Source of the DNA: an uncultured Opitutales bacterium
Lineage (GTDB): Bacteria > Verrucomicrobiota > Verrucomicrobiia > Opitutales > Intestinicryptomonadaceae
DNA length: 32,000 nucleotides
NCBI GenBank assembly: GCA_934613415.1
Contig: CAKTSY010000003.1
Span: 240,001-272,000, forward strand
Direction of reading: 5' to 3'
Shown here: positions 24,461 through 32,000 of the stretch, one piece after another
How positions within the stretch are numbered: the first letter of the stretch is position 1
Layout of the letters: every line of letters begins with the position of its first letter
The notes under the pieces: generated by a model
Seen by the model: only the letters and a program-made list of their open reading frames with translations
Databases searched by the model: none
Told to the model about the DNA's origin: nothing
Position numbers and translations under genes: made by a program

Positions 24461-25546
24461 TTATTTTTGCCTTGTTTGGTCGGCAAGCTGTTGGGCTTTT
24501 AATGCAAGCTCCATTGCCTTAAAGGCTGCCTTTTGCGTAATTGCGTTTTCGGTTCGGTTAAGAACATCGTCAACCAGATTATCGAAGAAAGGATTTTTTT
24601 GCTTCGAGCAATCAATCAATTCGGGAGCTTTGCCGCTAACGCACAAATATAGGCTTTGCTTGGAATTTGGCTTGCACAAATCTATGTTGTTGCGAAGCTC
24701 TATATAGCCCTTGTCGCCCACAATAAAAATTCTGGAATCGCCCCAAGTTCCCAGCTTGTCGGGCGAAAACCAATCTACCCTAAGCGAGCACGACACTAAA
24801 TTATCCATAACCAAAACCGCTTCGCCAAAATCCTCTAATTGCGGGTACTCTTTGTGCGAAAAATTTTCAACTCTTGCATATTTAACTGTGCCCGAACTTG
24901 CGCCCGAATATGTAAGGAATATGTCGAACTGGTGCGCGCCTATGTCGGTTATAATTCCGCCGAATTTCTTTTTCTCATAAAACCACTCAGGGCGGCTTTT
25001 TATGTTTAGGTTGTGCGGGGCTAAAATGTTTATGCAAACAACTTTGCCTATAACGCCGCTTTTTACCAAATTTTCGGCAACCGTGCACGATGCGTTTTCG
25101 AACCTTTCACCGAAATATGGAATATATTTTTTGCCCGTTTTGCGCACAAGAGCTTTTGCAAAATCTAGCTGCTCTAGCGATACAACCGCGGGCTTGTCGG
25201 CAAAAAAATCCCTGCCGCTTTCCATAACGCGTTTTGCAATGTCTATTCTTTGCACGGGCACTATTGCGCTTGCCACAAGCTTTACGGAATTGTCCGCCAA
25301 AATTTCGTCTAAACTTTTTGCCGCCTTTGCATTTGGAAACTTTTTAAGAAATGCCTTTAGTTTTTTTGGGTCTTTGTCGTAGGCATATTTGCAAAATGCC
25401 CCCGCCCTTTCAAGACCGGCGGTTTGTCCGTATATATGCCCGTGGTCCATGCCGACAACGGCAAAATTAAACTTGCTGTTTTCAGATTCGCCAAAAAGCG
25501 AAAAGGCAAAAAATATAAATATAAACTTTATTGCAAACTTTGTCAT
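24461..25546 (-). CDS. Gfo/Idh/MocA-like oxidoreductase with N-terminal hydrophobic (signal/anchor) segment
   Basis: 361-aa ORF with a hydrophobic N-terminus (MTKFAIKFIFIFFAFSLFG). This is followed by a Rossmann-like beta1 strand (FNFAVVGMDHGHIYG). The overall layout, an N-terminal dinucleotide-binding-like domain plus a C-terminal alpha/beta domain, resembles this family. The assignment comes from pattern only. Confidence 0.55.
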   Translation of the reverse strand: MTKFAIKFIFIFFAFSLFGESENSKFNFAVVGMDHGHIYGQTAGLERAGAFCKYAYDKDPKKLKAFLKKFPNAKAAKSLDEILADNSVKLVASAIVPVQRIDIAKRVMESGRDFFADKPAVVSLEQLDFAKALVRKTGKKYIPYFGERFENASCTVAENLVKSGVIGKVVCINILAPHNLNIKSRPEWFYEKKKFGGIITDIGAHQFDIFLTYSGASSGTVKYARVENFSHKEYPQLEDFGEAVLVMDNLVSCSLRVDWFSPDKLGTWGDSRIFIVGDKGYIELRNNIDLCKPNSKQSLYLCVSGKAPELIDCSKQKNPFFDNLVDDVLNRTENAITQKAAFKAMELALKAQQLADQTRQK

Positions 25547-25585
25547 AAACTTCGCGCAAAGCCTAGCAATTTTTACAAAACATTG

Positions 25586-26668
25586 TCAACGCGAATAGAA
25601 GGCACCACCCAGCAGAACGTTGTTGTCGTACAAAGCCAAAACTTGACCTGCCGCCAAAGCCCTTTGCGTTTGCTCGAACTGCACTTTTGCCCTGCCGTTA
25701 GGCAATGGAACAAAATTTATATTCACCATTTCGTCTCTATAGCGCACGCGCCCCTGCAGCTGGCGTTCGTGTTCTACGGGCTTATTTATCCAGTTAATGC
25801 CCTCTACAAAAACTTCATCTACAAAAAGCGGCGAGTGCAAATTGTCGTCGAAATCAACATACAATGTGTTTGTATCGAAGTCTTTGGCCACAACCACATA
25901 GCTTTTATTGTCGCGGTTAGAGGGAACGCCTATGCCCTTGCGCTGTCCCAAAGTATATTTAAAAAGCCCCGTGTGCCTGCCGACAATTTTATTGTCGGCG
26001 TTTACAATGTTGCCTTCCGATTCTTTTATGTGGTATTTAAGAAAGTCTTGAATCTTGATTTTGCCCAAAAAGCAAATGCCTTGGCTGTCTTTTTTATCCG
26101 CGTTGGGCAGGCCGTTTAAACGCGCAATTTCGCGCACTTGGCTTTTTAAAATTCCGCCTATGGGCATTTCGGCCTTTTGCACTTGCGCCTGAGTCATCAT
26201 CGACAGAAAGTACGACTGGTCTTTGCCTGGGTCTTCGCCGCATACGATGTCGCGCGAATTGTCGGGATTGTCTACAATACCCGCGTAGTGGCCCGTTGCA
26301 ACCTTCGAAAATCCGTTCTTTAAAGCGTAGTCTAGGAAAAACCCGAACTTCATTTTGCGGTTGCACATAACGTCTGGGTTAGGCGTTTGCCCAAATTTGT
26401 AGCCGTTTACAAGATATTCTACAATCTGTTTGCGGTATTCTTCAATGCAGTCTACAACCTCAAAATCTATCTTCAAAAAGTCGCAAACCGCCTGCGCCGA
26501 CTTAATGTCTTCGTGCCACGGACAGTCTCCGAAAACGTCTATGCCCTCTTCATTCATCCACGTTTTCATATAGGCCGCCGAAATATCGTAGCCCTCTTCC
26601 TTCAACAAAAGCGCGGCAACTGCGCTGTCTACGCCGCCCGACATTGCAACTAATATTTTTTCGCCCAT
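25586..26668 (-). CDS. mnmA: tRNA 2-thiouridine(34) synthase
   Basis: 360-aa ORF with the PP-loop motif VAMSGGVDSAVAA, the catalytic Cys contexts (NPDVMCN, SQGICF) and the ATGHYA motif. Confidence 0.92.
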   Translation of the reverse strand: MGEKILVAMSGGVDSAVAALLLKEEGYDISAAYMKTWMNEEGIDVFGDCPWHEDIKSAQAVCDFLKIDFEVVDCIEEYRKQIVEYLVNGYKFGQTPNPDVMCNRKMKFGFFLDYALKNGFSKVATGHYAGIVDNPDNSRDIVCGEDPGKDQSYFLSMMTQAQVQKAEMPIGGILKSQVREIARLNGLPNADKKDSQGICFLGKIKIQDFLKYHIKESEGNIVNADNKIVGRHTGLFKYTLGQRKGIGVPSNRDNKSYVVVAKDFDTNTLYVDFDDNLHSPLFVDEVFVEGINWINKPVEHERQLQGRVRYRDEMVNINFVPLPNGRAKVQFEQTQRALAAGQVLALYDNNVLLGGAFYSR

Positions 26669-26672
26669 AAAA

Positions 26673-27938
26673 CTATTTTTGGCAATTTAAAGTTTTTAAA
26701 TATCTGTATGCTGGAATAAGCGAAGCAAACGAAACCAACGTGCAAAGCATTATCCAAATAAAAAAGTTTTTGTAGCCAAAAAACTCCTGCAAATAGCCCG
26801 CAAAGTTGCCGGGCAGCATATAGCCAATTGCCATAAAGGCTGTAAGCAGCGCGTATTGCGAAGTTTTGTTTTTACCCGTGGCCGCCTGCAAAAGAAACGC
26901 CATATAGCCCGCAAAGCCAAAGCCGTAACCAAACTGCTCTGCCGAAACAAACGCCGTTGCCTGCAGCGACGAAACCGCCGGCATTACCGACATAATTAAA
27001 TACACAATGTTAGGCAGGTTTATCGCCAACGCCATATACCAAAGAGTGCTGCGCAAGCCGCACTTTGCAATAAGCATTCCGCCCAAAATGGAACCCGCAA
27101 AAAGGCACATTGTGCCTATTGTGCCGTATAACAAGCCGACGTTTTCCAGCGGCAACGCAAGCCCGCCCGCCGAAATTTCGGCAATCAAAAAGGGCTGCGA
27201 AATTTTCACCAACTGCGCTTCGGCAAATCTGTATAAAAGCACAAAACACAAAATATTTGCAATATGGGGTTTGTTAAAAAATTCGCCGAAAACCGAAAAT
27301 ATGTTTTTGCCTGCCCGAGCCGAATTTTTGCCGTTTTCAACTTCGGGCAAAAAGGCGCGCATTGCGCCCCACATAACAAGAGTTATAACACCGCACAGCG
27401 CAAAAGCACAGCCCCAAGCCGCGGGTTTTTCGAAATTAAAACGGCTAATTAAAATACCCGCAAAGCCAACCAAAACGCCCTGCGCAAAAACCGCCGCAAT
27501 TTTGTAAAACGCGCTTCTTAACCCCACATAAAACGCCTGCTTTTGCGTGTTTAACGCCAAAATGTAAAAGCCGTCGGCGCTGATGTCGTAGGTGGCACTG
27601 GTAAACGCCAAAAGCCAAAAAAGCAAAGCCGTTATAGCCACAAAAAATTCGCTAAAACACGCCAAAGCCAACGCCCCAAAAATTGCAAACATTGCAAACG
27701 CGCATTTAAGCACCCAGTTGCGCTTTGTAGAATGGGTATCTACAACGGGTGCCCACAACGCTTTAACGCACCAAGGCAAATATATAAGCGACGTAATCAG
27801 CGAAGCCAAGCCGAGACCCACGCCCATAGACGAATAAAACAGCATTGCAATTCCCGCGCAAACCGCATTGGGCAGGCCTTCAACAAAATAGGCGGCCGCT
27901 ATCCATATTATATCTGGTTTATTTTTATTGTCGGGCAT
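26673..27938 (-). CDS. MFS transporter, AmpG (muropeptide permease)-like
   Basis: 421-aa polytopic ORF. The N-terminal pattern YFVEGLPNAV...LPWCVKALWAPVVD resembles the AmpG pattern GFASGLPLAL...FKFLWSPLMD. Its stop is 4 nt from the mnmA start. Confidence 0.65.
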   Translation of the reverse strand: MPDNKNKPDIIWIAAAYFVEGLPNAVCAGIAMLFYSSMGVGLGLASLITSLIYLPWCVKALWAPVVDTHSTKRNWVLKCAFAMFAIFGALALACFSEFFVAITALLFWLLAFTSATYDISADGFYILALNTQKQAFYVGLRSAFYKIAAVFAQGVLVGFAGILISRFNFEKPAAWGCAFALCGVITLVMWGAMRAFLPEVENGKNSARAGKNIFSVFGEFFNKPHIANILCFVLLYRFAEAQLVKISQPFLIAEISAGGLALPLENVGLLYGTIGTMCLFAGSILGGMLIAKCGLRSTLWYMALAINLPNIVYLIMSVMPAVSSLQATAFVSAEQFGYGFGFAGYMAFLLQAATGKNKTSQYALLTAFMAIGYMLPGNFAGYLQEFFGYKNFFIWIMLCTLVSFASLIPAYRYLKTLNCQK

Positions 27939-27951
27939 TGCAAAATAATAA

Positions 27952-28137
27952 GGCTCTGCATTGGCGCCGTCTTGTTAGATTGCTTGGCATCTACCTTCAA
28001 CTGCAAGGTGGGTGCTTCAACAGCGGTTTTTGCCTTCCGTTCGAAGACGGCCTGACAGCCGCCACCGTTGGTCGAGCTCCCGTATAATATTTCATTAAGG
28101 TGGAGAAGCGGTTAAATAGTTTCGGACACCGCAGAGC
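27952..28137 (-). ncRNA. Candidate structured RNA (unclassified: stand-alone sRNA or 5' leader of the AmpG-like gene)
   Basis: This is a relatively GC-rich island in an AT-rich spacer. On the minus strand, a 7-bp closing helix GCUCUGC/GCAGAGC (28137-28131 with 27959-27953) is stacked on GGUGUC/GGCGCC. Internal hairpins are ACCUU-GCAGUUG-AAGGU, UAGAU-GCCAAGCA-AUCUA and CCGU-CUUCGA-ACGG. A 9-bp helix CGGUGGCGG/CCGCUGUUG is also present. The element ends 13 nt before the ATG at 27938. The strand choice is tentative. Confidence 0.45.
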
Positions 28138-28428
28138 TATGGTTTATCCTTGCAAAACAAACGTTTTTTTCAAGCAAAAACTAAATTTATAAAAAGAAAT
28201 ACTAAAATGCCATTTCGGTATGTTGGCAAAAATTTTTGCGCAAAATAGCAGTTTTTTAAAAAAGCGCAGCCAAAAGCGCGTTTGCCAAAAAGCAACGGCA
28301 AAACAACGCCTTTTTGCAAACTTTTTCGCACCGCCAAGCTAGCGTGCTGGCAAACACATTCTAAAAAAGCACAAAAACACGCCCCGTTTACCGCTTTTGC
28401 AAAATTTACAGCAAAATATATGCGGGCA

Positions 28429-28456
28429 CAAAAAAAGCCCCTAAAAAGGGGCTTTT
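28429..28456 (-). terminator. Intrinsic terminator immediately after rpsJ
   Basis: The minus strand reads aaaaaGCCCC-uuuuua-GGGGC followed by U7, about 20 nt downstream of the rpsJ stop. Confidence 0.75.
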
Positions 28457-28476
28457 TGTTATTCCATAAATAGATA

Positions 28477-28782
28477 CTAGACGTTAATTGTGATGTCTAC
28501 ACCAGCGGGCAAGTTAAGCTTTTTAAGCTCGTCTACCGTATTGGAAGTAGGTTCGATAATGTCTATCAATCTTTTGTGAGTGCGAAGCTCAAACTGCTCC
28601 ATGCTCTTCTTGTCAACGTGGGCCGAACGGTTAACCGACCAGCGTTCGATGCGAGTAGGTAGCGGTACGGGACCCGATACCATCGCGCCCGTACGTTTTG
28701 CTGTTTCAACTATGTCGCCGGCGCTTTGGTCTACCGAACGAAAGTCATAGCCCTTCAACTTTATTCTAATTCTTTGTGCCAT
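28477..28782 (-). CDS. rpsJ: 30S ribosomal protein S10
   Basis: 101-aa ORF with [13 protein letters not shown]...[35 protein letters not shown], a typical S10 sequence. Confidence 0.96.
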   Translation of the reverse strand: MAQRIRIKLKGYDFRSVDQSAGDIVETAKRTGAMVSGPVPLPTRIERWSVNRSAHVDKKSMEQFELRTHKRLIDIIEPTSNTVDELKKLNLPAGVDITINV

Positions 28783-28810
28783 TTTTTAGCTTTTCTTTAT
28801 TTTGAAATTA

Positions 28811-30967
28811 TTACCTTGCAGCCTTCTTCGAAGCGCCTTCAACAACCTGCTTTAGAACTGCAGCCGGAACTTGTTCGAAGTGGCTCGGTTCCATAGAGTA
28901 CGAAGCTCTGCCGCTGGAAAGCGAACGAACGTCTGTTGCATAACCGAACATGGTTTCCAAGGGAACGAAAGCGTCGATTGTGCAAACATTGCCTTTGGTT
29001 TCCATACCCTGAATCTGGCCACGACGGCGGTTCAAGTCGCCCATAATGTCGCCTTGGTATTCTTCGGGGGTTACAACTTCAACCTTCATAACCGGTTCCA
29101 AGAGAATTGGCTTTGCTTTTGCCATAGCATCTTTAAATGCAAAGATACCAGCCATTTTAAACGCCATTTCCGAAGAGTCAACTTCGTGGAAGGAACCGAA
29201 TACCAAGTGTACGTTAACGTCTACTACGGGATAGCCCGCAATAACGCCGTTAAGCATAGCTTCTTTGATACCGTCTTCTGTGGGCTTGATGTATTCTTTG
29301 GGAATTACGCCGCCAACGATTTCGTTGAAGAAATGGTAGCCTTTGCCCTTTTCGGAGGGTTCAATTTTAATTTCGGCATGACCGTATTGACCACGACCAC
29401 CGCTCTGACGAATGAATTTGCCAACGCCGTCGGCGGGAGCTGTGATTGTTTCGCGGTAGGCGATTTGGGGCTTGCCCGAATCGGCTTCAACCTTGAATTC
29501 TCTGAACAGACGGTCGCGGATAATGTCGAGGTGCAACTCGCCCATACCTGAAATAAGAGTTTGGCCTGTTTCTTGGTCGGTCTTTACAACGAAAGTCGGG
29601 TCTTCTTCCGACAACCTTGCCAAAGCCAACGAAAGCTTTTCCTGGTCGGCCTTCGACTTCGGCTCTATGCTCATTGCAATAACCGGATCGGGGAATGTCG
29701 GGGGTTCCAAACGAACTTCGTGGTCTCTGTCGCACAATGTGTCGCCAGTGCTGATATCTTTTGCGCCGATGATTGCGCAGATAGAACCCGAATATGCTTC
29801 TTCGAGGTCTACACGCTGGTCGGCCTTCATCAATACCAAGCGGGAAATACGTTCTGTTTTGCGTGTGCGCGGATTGTAAAGAGTCATACCCTTCTTGATG
29901 CAGCCGCTGTATACACGGATAAATACCAATTTACCAATGAACGGGTCGCTCCACAATTTGAATGCCAAAGCTGTGGGAGCTGCAAAGTCGTCGGCAACAA
30001 TTTCCTTCGAGGGAGCATCTTCGTCTTCGTCGGAGAAAGCCTTAATCGGAGGAACGTCTAAGGGGCTGGGCAAGTAGTCTACAACCGAGTCGAGCAACAT
30101 CTGAACGCCCTTGTTTTTAAATGCCGAGCCGGGAATTACGCCTACAAATTCGCGGGTCATTGTAGCTTTGCGAACGCCAAGCCTCAATTCGTTGGCGGTA
30201 AAGTCTTCGCTGCCTTCGAGAAATTTTTCCATAATGGCGTCGTCGAAGTCTGCAATGCCTTCGATAAGGCCGCGGCGATATTCTTCTGCCTTTTCCTTGT
30301 ATTCGGAGGGAATTTCTACAACGTCGTACTTAACACCGTTGGGGTCGTTTTCGTCGTAGATATATGCCTTCATTTCGATAAGGTCTATCAAGCCTTTAAA
30401 GTCGGCTTCGGCACCTATCGGCAAATACAAAGGATGGGGATTACCCCTTAATTTGTTCTTAATATCTTCAACTGCGCCGTAGAAGTCTGCACCGGTTCTG
30501 TCCATCTTGTTGATGAAAGCAATACGGGGAACATGGTATTTGTTCATCTGACGCCATACGGTTTCCGACTGGGGCTGTACGCCTGCAACCGAGCAGAATA
30601 CTGCAACGGCACCGTCGAGAACACGCAACGAACGTTCTACTTCGGCTGTAAAGTCAACGTGTCCGGGAGTGTCGATAAGGTTGATTTGGTGTTCGATACC
30701 GGCAAAAGGACCGTCTTTTGTTTTCCACGAGCAGGAAATAGCCGAGGAAGTAATTGTAATACCGCGTTCGCGTTCCTGTTCCATCCAGTCGGTTACTGCA
30801 GTACCTTCGTGAACTTCGCCGATTTTGTGAACTACGCCCGAGTAGAACAATATACGTTCCGAACATGTGGTTTTACCCGCGTCGATGTGGGCGGATATAC
30901 CAATGTTACGGGTATATTCCAAAGGCTTCGGCCTGTTGGGAGAATTTTTTTCTGATAAATTAGCCAT
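28811..30967 (-). CDS. fusA: Elongation factor G
   Basis: 718-aa ORF with GTPase motifs [17 protein letters not shown] and NKMDR. EF-G domain IV and V sequences are also present. Confidence 0.96.
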   Translation of the reverse strand: MANLSEKNSPNRPKPLEYTRNIGISAHIDAGKTTCSERILFYSGVVHKIGEVHEGTAVTDWMEQERERGITITSSAISCSWKTKDGPFAGIEHQINLIDTPGHVDFTAEVERSLRVLDGAVAVFCSVAGVQPQSETVWRQMNKYHVPRIAFINKMDRTGADFYGAVEDIKNKLRGNPHPLYLPIGAEADFKGLIDLIEMKAYIYDENDPNGVKYDVVEIPSEYKEKAEEYRRGLIEGIADFDDAIMEKFLEGSEDFTANELRLGVRKATMTREFVGVIPGSAFKNKGVQMLLDSVVDYLPSPLDVPPIKAFSDEDEDAPSKEIVADDFAAPTALAFKLWSDPFIGKLVFIRVYSGCIKKGMTLYNPRTRKTERISRLVLMKADQRVDLEEAYSGSICAIIGAKDISTGDTLCDRDHEVRLEPPTFPDPVIAMSIEPKSKADQEKLSLALARLSEEDPTFVVKTDQETGQTLISGMGELHLDIIRDRLFREFKVEADSGKPQIAYRETITAPADGVGKFIRQSGGRGQYGHAEIKIEPSEKGKGYHFFNEIVGGVIPKEYIKPTEDGIKEAMLNGVIAGYPVVDVNVHLVFGSFHEVDSSEMAFKMAGIFAFKDAMAKAKPILLEPVMKVEVVTPEEYQGDIMGDLNRRRGQIQGMETKGNVCTIDAFVPLETMFGYATDVRSLSSGRASYSMEPSHFEQVPAAVLKQVVEGASKKAAR

Positions 30968-30989
30968 ATTATTACAGGTCGTTTAGTTG

Positions 30990-31460
30990 TTACCAACGCA
31001 AGTGCGCAAAAGCCTTGTTTGCCTGCGCCATTTTGTGAACGTCTTCGCGCTTTTTAACAACCGTACCCGTGTTGTTGTATGCGTCTACAATTTCCGAAGC
31101 CAAAGCGTCGGCCATGGGAAGCTTCTTGCCCTTTGCTGCGGCAATCAACCATCTGAAAGCCAAAGTTTGCTGGCGTTCGTAGGGAATTTCTACGGGAACT
31201 TGGTATGTGGCGCCGCCAACTCTTCTGCTCTTAACTTCTACCTTGGGGCGAATGTTTTCGAGTGCGCCCAACATCAAATCGATGGGATCGCCCTTTTCGA
31301 GCTTTTCGCTAACTTTTTCGATAGCTCCATAAACGATACGTTCGGCGGTGGACTTTTTGCCCCTCTCCATAACCATATTTATAAGGTGGCTAACCAATGT
31401 GCTCTTAAAACGAGAATCGGGAGTGCGTTCCCTTTTTACTGCTCTGTGTCTGCGTGACAT
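30990..31460 (-). CDS. rpsG: 30S ribosomal protein S7
   Basis: 156-aa ORF with [18 protein letters not shown]...[13 protein letters not shown]...[13 protein letters not shown] lies upstream of the ATG. Confidence 0.96.
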   Translation of the reverse strand: MSRRHRAVKRERTPDSRFKSTLVSHLINMVMERGKKSTAERIVYGAIEKVSEKLEKGDPIDLMLGALENIRPKVEVKSRRVGGATYQVPVEIPYERQQTLAFRWLIAAAKGKKLPMADALASEIVDAYNNTGTVVKKREDVHKMAQANKAFAHLRW

Positions 31461-31484
31461 TTTTTAATCCTTAGTTAAATTCAA

Positions 31485-31868
31485 TTATTTCTTGGCCGCC
31501 TTTGGACGCTTTACACCGTACTTTGAACGGCTGCGACGACGTTTTTCTACGCCGACTGCGTCGAGCGTACCGCGAACAATGTGATAACGAACACCGGGCA
31601 AGTCTTTTACACGACCACCGCGCAAAAGAACAACGCTGTGTTCCTGCAAATTGTGACCTTCGTCGGGTATGTATGCGATTACTTCGTAACCCGTTGTTAA
31701 ACGAACTTTCGCCACCTTACGAATAGCCGAATTAGGCTTTTTAGGTGTACGGGTCATTACCTGTACACATACGCCGCGGCGGAAAGGCGATTCTTTCAGC
31801 GCAGGCGCTTTGCTCTTGGCTTTTGCCAACGTACGTGGCTTGCGAACTAACTGATTTATTGTAGGCAT
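31485..31868 (-). CDS. rpsL: 30S ribosomal protein S12
   Basis: 127-aa ORF with [10 protein letters not shown]...[18 protein letters not shown]...[20 protein letters not shown]. Confidence 0.97.
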   Translation of the reverse strand: MPTINQLVRKPRTLAKAKSKAPALKESPFRRGVCVQVMTRTPKKPNSAIRKVAKVRLTTGYEVIAYIPDEGHNLQEHSVVLLRGGRVKDLPGVRYHIVRGTLDAVGVEKRRRSRSKYGVKRPKAAKK

Positions 31869-32000
31869 ATTGTCTATTTTATGGAATAAAGAATTTGTAA
31901 GTTATGTTTTATAACGCTTTTTGCAAGTATTATTTTCAATTTTTAACAAAAAGTCGCAAGGGACATTCGCAACTAAAGCCCCTCGCGGCGAAAATTTTTC

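Noticed and set aside
25424-26119. 231-aa plus-strand ORF
   Set aside because: It is entirely antisense to the well-supported mnmA and the oxidoreductase start. Its composition is that of a shadow frame and I see no motifs.
27975-28090. Calling the structured element an SRP (4.5S/ffs) RNA because of GCUGUCAGG...CGGAAGGCA
   Set aside because: The near-universal domain IV features are not all present. The apical loop is CUUCGA rather than a GNRA-type tetraloop. The 3' AGCA is replaced by AAGGCA. The A-rich asymmetric loop falls on the 3' side instead of the 5' side. I keep it as an unclassified RNA candidate pending a covariance-model search.
28224-28239. Sigma54-like element TGGCAA-N-TTTGC on the plus strand
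   Set aside because: The GG-to-GC spacing is 13 nt instead of the required 12. The sequence is part of a palindrome, GCAAAAATTTTTGC. No plausible plus-strand gene lies downstream.
28282-28473. 63-aa plus-strand ORF in the rpsJ/permease spacer
   Set aside because: It starts at a TTG and has no SD. Its K/A/F-rich low-complexity translation is typical of AT-rich non-coding sequence. It also runs through the rpsJ terminator hairpin.
28871-29551. 226-aa plus-strand ORF
   Set aside because: It is antisense to fusA, which is unambiguous.
1-32000. Search for CRISPR arrays, IS elements, integrases, prophage or defence islands
   Set aside because: I saw no spaced direct repeats. I saw no terminal inverted repeats flanking an ORF, and no transposase, integrase, nuclease or ATPase defence-type ORFs. 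Every long ORF is accounted for by housekeeping or the hypothetical genes listed.

Overview
This window is a chromosomal, mostly housekeeping segment of a bacterial genome with moderate GC by eye. The organism cannot be assigned from the sequence alone. I support 30 protein-coding genes, one tRNA-Ala(GGC), four intrinsic terminators, two sigma70-like promoter candidates, a few short repeats and one candidate structured RNA.

Gene content:
- Sugar uptake and phosphorylation: a ROK kinase, and a galK plus SSS symporter pair.
- Translation: cysS, infC, mnmA and rpsL-rpsG-fusA-rpsJ.
- Heme synthesis: hemB, hemE, hemN.
- Methionine and histidine synthesis: metX-metW, hisG.
- Cell envelope: murJ, an AmiC-like amidase and an AmpG-like permease.
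- Others: clpP, trxB, tatD.

A long co-directional minus-strand run extends from tatD (19299) to galK (7022). I saw no CRISPR array, transposase, integrase, phage module, toxin-antitoxin pair or recognisable defence system.

The loci most worth a second look:
1. 22610-24335: a self-contained two-gene operon. It encodes a Cys-rich IscU/NifU-like protein and a protein with the literal GGGTGRT motif. The family is conserved but functionally uncharacterised.
2. 27952-28137 (minus strand): a relatively GC-rich, about 186-nt helix-closed element with mutually exclusive pairings. It sits in an otherwise AT-rich 538-nt spacer between rpsJ and an AmpG-like permease gene, and I could not assign it to a known RNA family.
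3. 5085-6938: two adjacent orphan secreted proteins.
4. A roughly 125-aa hydrophilic insertion in the SSS symporter.
5. A Shine-Dalgarno-occluding hairpin in the metX leader.

Functional calls rest on my own reading of motifs in the supplied translations. No database search was run.
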